From positions 40,430,401-40,494,400 of the forward strand of contig CM120641.1 of NCBI GenBank assembly GCA_051362555.1: DNA of 64,000 nucleotides, read 5' to 3'. The notes beneath the pieces were generated by a model. That model was not told the origin of the DNA. It did not search any database and saw only the letters and a program-made list of their open reading frames with translations. The stretch comes from Lingula anatina (Eukaryota; Animalia; Brachiopoda). Positions 60,501 through 64,000 of the stretch are shown here, in pieces. How positions within the stretch are numbered: position 1 is the first letter of the stretch; each line of letters begins with the position of its first letter. Made by a program: the position numbers and the translations under genes.

Positions 60501-62261
60501 AATTCACAGTTTGGGTGGCCTTTGTATGACTTGTCATCAACATCCCCAAGTCTGCGGTGAGTAGCCAGATCTTTTCTGTCATAGTGTTTCCTCTCTGATG
60601 AAAATATCTAAAAATAATTAAACGTATTCATGAACAAAGAAATGTAACACTTGTAGTTTGGCTAGATAATATTTCATTTCCAAAAGTAATTAGTTGGTAA
60701 AATGCAATAGGTAAATAATTTTCACAAAGTTAATCATAAAAACTCGTATTTCTGATGCAAGTCACTTCAGTCTCTTACCGTTAGATGATTGACACATAAA
60801 TCACAATACTGCCTTCCATGTTCTCTCCTCATATGATCTCTCATTTGCTGAAATGTTCTGTCAGGTTTTCTGTCTTTACATATTGGACATTTGTGTTCTT
60901 GTATTTCATAGAAAGTATTTTGAATAGCCCTGGTTTCAAAGTAAATATTGTATTTTCTGGCAGCAGTCAGCTGATCTAAGATAAAGCTATCATAACGTGG
61001 CTTCGAAGAGTAGATCATCTACAAATACAAAAAAAAAATTATATATATATATATATATATAATCATGATCATCACATTCTTAAATAATAAATAAGACCTT
61101 GCCATGCAAACTACAGCATGCCAATATGATGTGGACATTGAGGAAAACTAAAATTCACAGGTAACCTAAATTAATGAGCTAAGGGACCATTCCCAGACCC
61201 TTTCATACTAACTGTGGATCGATCTATCTCGGAGAGGATTCTCACTAAATTGAAATAAATTTAAGTGACTTACATATCTGTCACGCCTACTGAAGCTTCT
61301 AGGGGGTAAGTAATTATCATTTTCAATAGGCTGCCAGACATCTAAGCCGCTAAAGATGAAAGCAATTTAGCAAGAAACCCTTCGGAGACGGGTGGATCCT
61401 GTTAGATCGATCTAAGTGTGGGAACCCAGTCTACAATGCAAATCAATGCCTCTACAGACATGCTGAAAACTTTTCAGATTAGTCGGACATTTGGACAGGC
61501 AGTAATGAAAAATTTGCCGGACCAAAAATCACCCTATTTGTTTGAGACAGATACTACCAGTACGATTAGGGTACAAAATGTAGCTTACTTTGTTTGTGAA
61601 TGTGATAGGTTTGAAATGGAAGAGAAAAAAACACTTTGGGTTTTATATAATTTTATTAGTGAAGTATGTCGATTGTTGACTGTAAATTCAAAATTGCGGC
61701 TCTTTAAACTCTTGTCGGTCCTTTTTTACCGGTCCAGACAAATTTTCTCGGTCATGACCGATCGGACTGATAGTTTCAGCATGTCTGCTCTATCATCTAT
61801 GACCTTCATTTCCAGAAGACTTTTAATAACAGGCAAGGGTGGGGCCATTTCAATTTAAACTGCACCTATCTTTTGACACTCTAGCACAGTAATGAACTAA
61901 CACATATACATATATGTATATATTATTGTTAAACTGAAAATGGGCGTTCCAGAGGTTGATTATCCCAAACCTCCAGACAAGTACTTCAGAAACACCTTCA
62001 GAAGTATAATTATCTCGAAATTGTAAACAAATGTGTTATAACTGAAAAAACTCCTGACTGAGTTCTGAGAGGGAGAAATAAACAAACCTTTTGTAATTCA
62101 GCTCGACAAATAGCACAATAGTTCTGCTGGCACAAGACCCTCATTCGGGTAGCACATTTGAAACACACAGGATGATTACATTTTCCAATCGCAAAATACT
62201 TGATCTCTTCGTTACAGAGAGGACAAACGTCCTGGGTATTATCCGTGATCTTTGAAGACAT
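57529..62261 (-). CDS. ZNF598: E3 ubiquitin ligase ZNF598 (Hel2 homologue, ribosome quality control)
   Basis: Exons 62261-62088, 61018-60779, 60607-60396, 60191-59962, 59730-59640, 59239-57529. RING CPLC...CNHPVCFKCATRMRVLCQQNYCAICR, C2H2 fingers (GHPNCEFCDVRYFDNDELLKHLRKDHYFCHFCD), six FPxL motifs and four PPPGF motifs. Confidence 0.93.
61180..61433. mobile_element. Degenerate inverted-repeat DNA element
   Basis: TTCCCA...GATCGATCTA and GGATTCTCACTAAATTG are mirrored by CAATTTAGCAAGAAACC...TAGATCGATC...TGGGAA. Shares its core with 13249-13265. Confidence 0.55.
61455..61787. mobile_element. MITE, 333 bp, CAG ends, 5-bp TSD (hAT-like)
   Basis: TIR CAGACATGCTGAAA...TTTCAGCATGTCTG with CTCTA on both flanks. 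Lies in ZNF598 intron 1. Confidence 0.8.
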
Positions 62262-62640
62262 GATCCTGAATGCCGTTTTCTAATCAATTAAATATTAATC
62301 TTTCTGTGTACTGCGAAGTAAAACCGTCTGCTAGCTAGTGGATATGTAACATAGAGCATGGCGCCGAGATATAAATACCCGGATGTTGGTGGCTAGTGGT
62401 GCAATATTTCCGCACACGTCATCAAATGATTGTGTTATCTGTGATAAATGAAAGTGTGAAAAAAGTAAGAATTATCAGTTTGAATAAAATGAATGGGAAA
62501 TATTTTACATTGTTGTGTGATATTTATGGCAGAAATTTTATGAATGATCATTCAAATAAATGTCATATTTTACACCAACCTAACTTTTGACGTCACCAGC
62601 ACATGATATCTTTGTGAGAGCTAAATTTAGAAGTTTCAAG
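62262..62640. promoter_or_regulatory. Bidirectional promoter between ZNF598 and synaptogyrin
   Basis: Divergent ATGs about 380 bp apart. CRE palindrome TGACGTCA at 62588-62595. Confidence 0.6.
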
Positions 62641-64000
62641 ATGGAAGGCCAAGCTTATGGAGCAGGGATGGCTGGTGGCTCGTTTGATGCCATAGCTTTT
62701 ATCAAGAAACCAAGTGTGATTCTTAGACTATTTAGTTTGGTAAGTGTGTCTGAGCTGCATGAAATTGAGATATATTTATACTTTTTGCAATCTCCATGTT
62801 AAATAATTGCAGAAGTCATGGCCCTGGTTTGCGTGGTCTTGCAAAGACTGCAATTTCTAGATGGTGGATCTATGCGCAATTTGAACAACGAAAGTTAGCA
62901 TTTCGAGGTGATCAATAATTGGAGTAAAATTTTGTACTAGGTGTTGATTCTATGCCTTTACTTTCACCAGAACTTATGACATAGTCTTGGTTTCAAATGG
63001 CAATTAATGGATATAATTATATAGAATATTTATTTCAATAAAATCAATATCACCTGTATTTGTGAAATGAAAAGGATGACATTGTACTTATTGCTGTCCA
63101 TTAATATTAACGTCATATTTTGTTAGTCATCATATTCTGTTGTTTTGCTTTGTATTTATTAGTGTTGACTTTTACATTTTGTTTCATTTTGGTTTTTGTT
63201 TCATACTAGTAGCTTCCTTTCCCATTGCCCTTGAGCCAAGGATAGATATAAGAAGCAATTACATTTATGAGTCCCAATGTTATAGTTATGCATATTGTAC
63301 TCATAACATATGTGCACATATGAACAAATGGGAATTGCATTGAGTAGGTAAATAAAAATCAACATTTGGTCTGTTTTCATGTCAAATTGTGAGAAGTACA
63401 GTACATAAAAAAGTGCATAGCGATACTACATGCCTTGGCTTTCTTTGTCCCAAATGTGCCCATAAAATATAGCACAGGTCCTGAGCTGAATTGAATGCCC
63501 TGATTTCTTTGTGCATTTAGTGAGCATATATCAATGCACAATGAAATTAGGAATTCAAGTATACTTGCATATATATACATGCCATATTGGGGCACATTTG
63601 GGAAAAAGAAAGTCAAGATATATGCACATGTTGTTCTTCTGTGCATACATTATTTTGTATGTACTTCTACAAATAGAGACAAAATGACACTTCTTACTGA
63701 TCAATTCAACATACTTTTGGTTTGGGACCCCCCCCCCCTCCAAGCATGTACATGTATTTCATAAGTTTGATTATGATAGCAATGTACATATATATGCTAG
63801 AATAATTGTGTGTTTGTCATCTCTTGTAGCTGTTCTCCATAATTGTGTTTGGCTGTATATCAAGTCCAGTGGGAGGCTACTATGAGGGGCAATGTGTGTA
63901 CAACAATGATCCAAATGCTTGTAACTATGGCATTGCAATAGGAGTTATTGCCTTCATGGCCTGCATTGTTTTCCTTATATTGGAAGCTTTGTTTGAAAAC
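62641..64000 (+). CDS. SYNGR: Synaptogyrin (MARVEL domain), 3'-partial
   Basis: Exon 62641-62739 gives MEGQAYGAGMAGGSFDAIAFIKKPSVILRLFSL. Exon 63830 to window end gives LFSIIVFGCIS...CVYNNDPNACNYGIAIGVIAF. Confidence 0.92.
63378..63690. mobile_element. Degenerate fold-back element in synaptogyrin intron 1
   Basis: CTTGGCTTTCTTTGTCCCAAATGTGCCC (about 63434-63461) is mirrored by GGGCACATTTGGGAAAAAGAAAGTCAAG (about 63590-63617). Outer boundaries are approximate and no TSD was found. Confidence 0.55.

Noticed and set aside
61418-61858. 146-aa plus-strand ORF in ZNF598 intron 1
   Set aside because: It spans a MITE and has no transposase or other motif.

Overview
Compact, AT-rich, intron-containing animal genomic DNA, probably a lophotrochozoan or mollusc-like invertebrate (inferred from the multiple-cysteine-cluster TLR and general gene style). 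Splicing exons by hand gives 11 protein-coding genes: a partial coiled-coil gene (-), GAMT (+), an uncharacterised tandem RlaP/Nuc-transf-like nucleotidyltransferase (+), eIF3d (-), an intronless TLR nested antisense in an eIF3d intron (+), TRAF7 (+), an 84-aa secreted amidated-peptide precursor nested antisense in a TRAF7 intron (-), WDR13 (-), Rac1 (+), ZNF598 (-) and a partial synaptogyrin (+). Four pairs are head-to-head within 400 bp. Several MITEs with clear TIRs and TSDs, microsatellites and short duplications are also present. The best novelty candidates are (1) the intron-rich animal gene with an apparently inactive plus an apparently active RlaP-like Pol-beta nucleotidyltransferase domain and (2) the hidden three-exon peptide precursor, of which the ORF track captures only exon 1. 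All family assignments come from motif recognition, not database searches.
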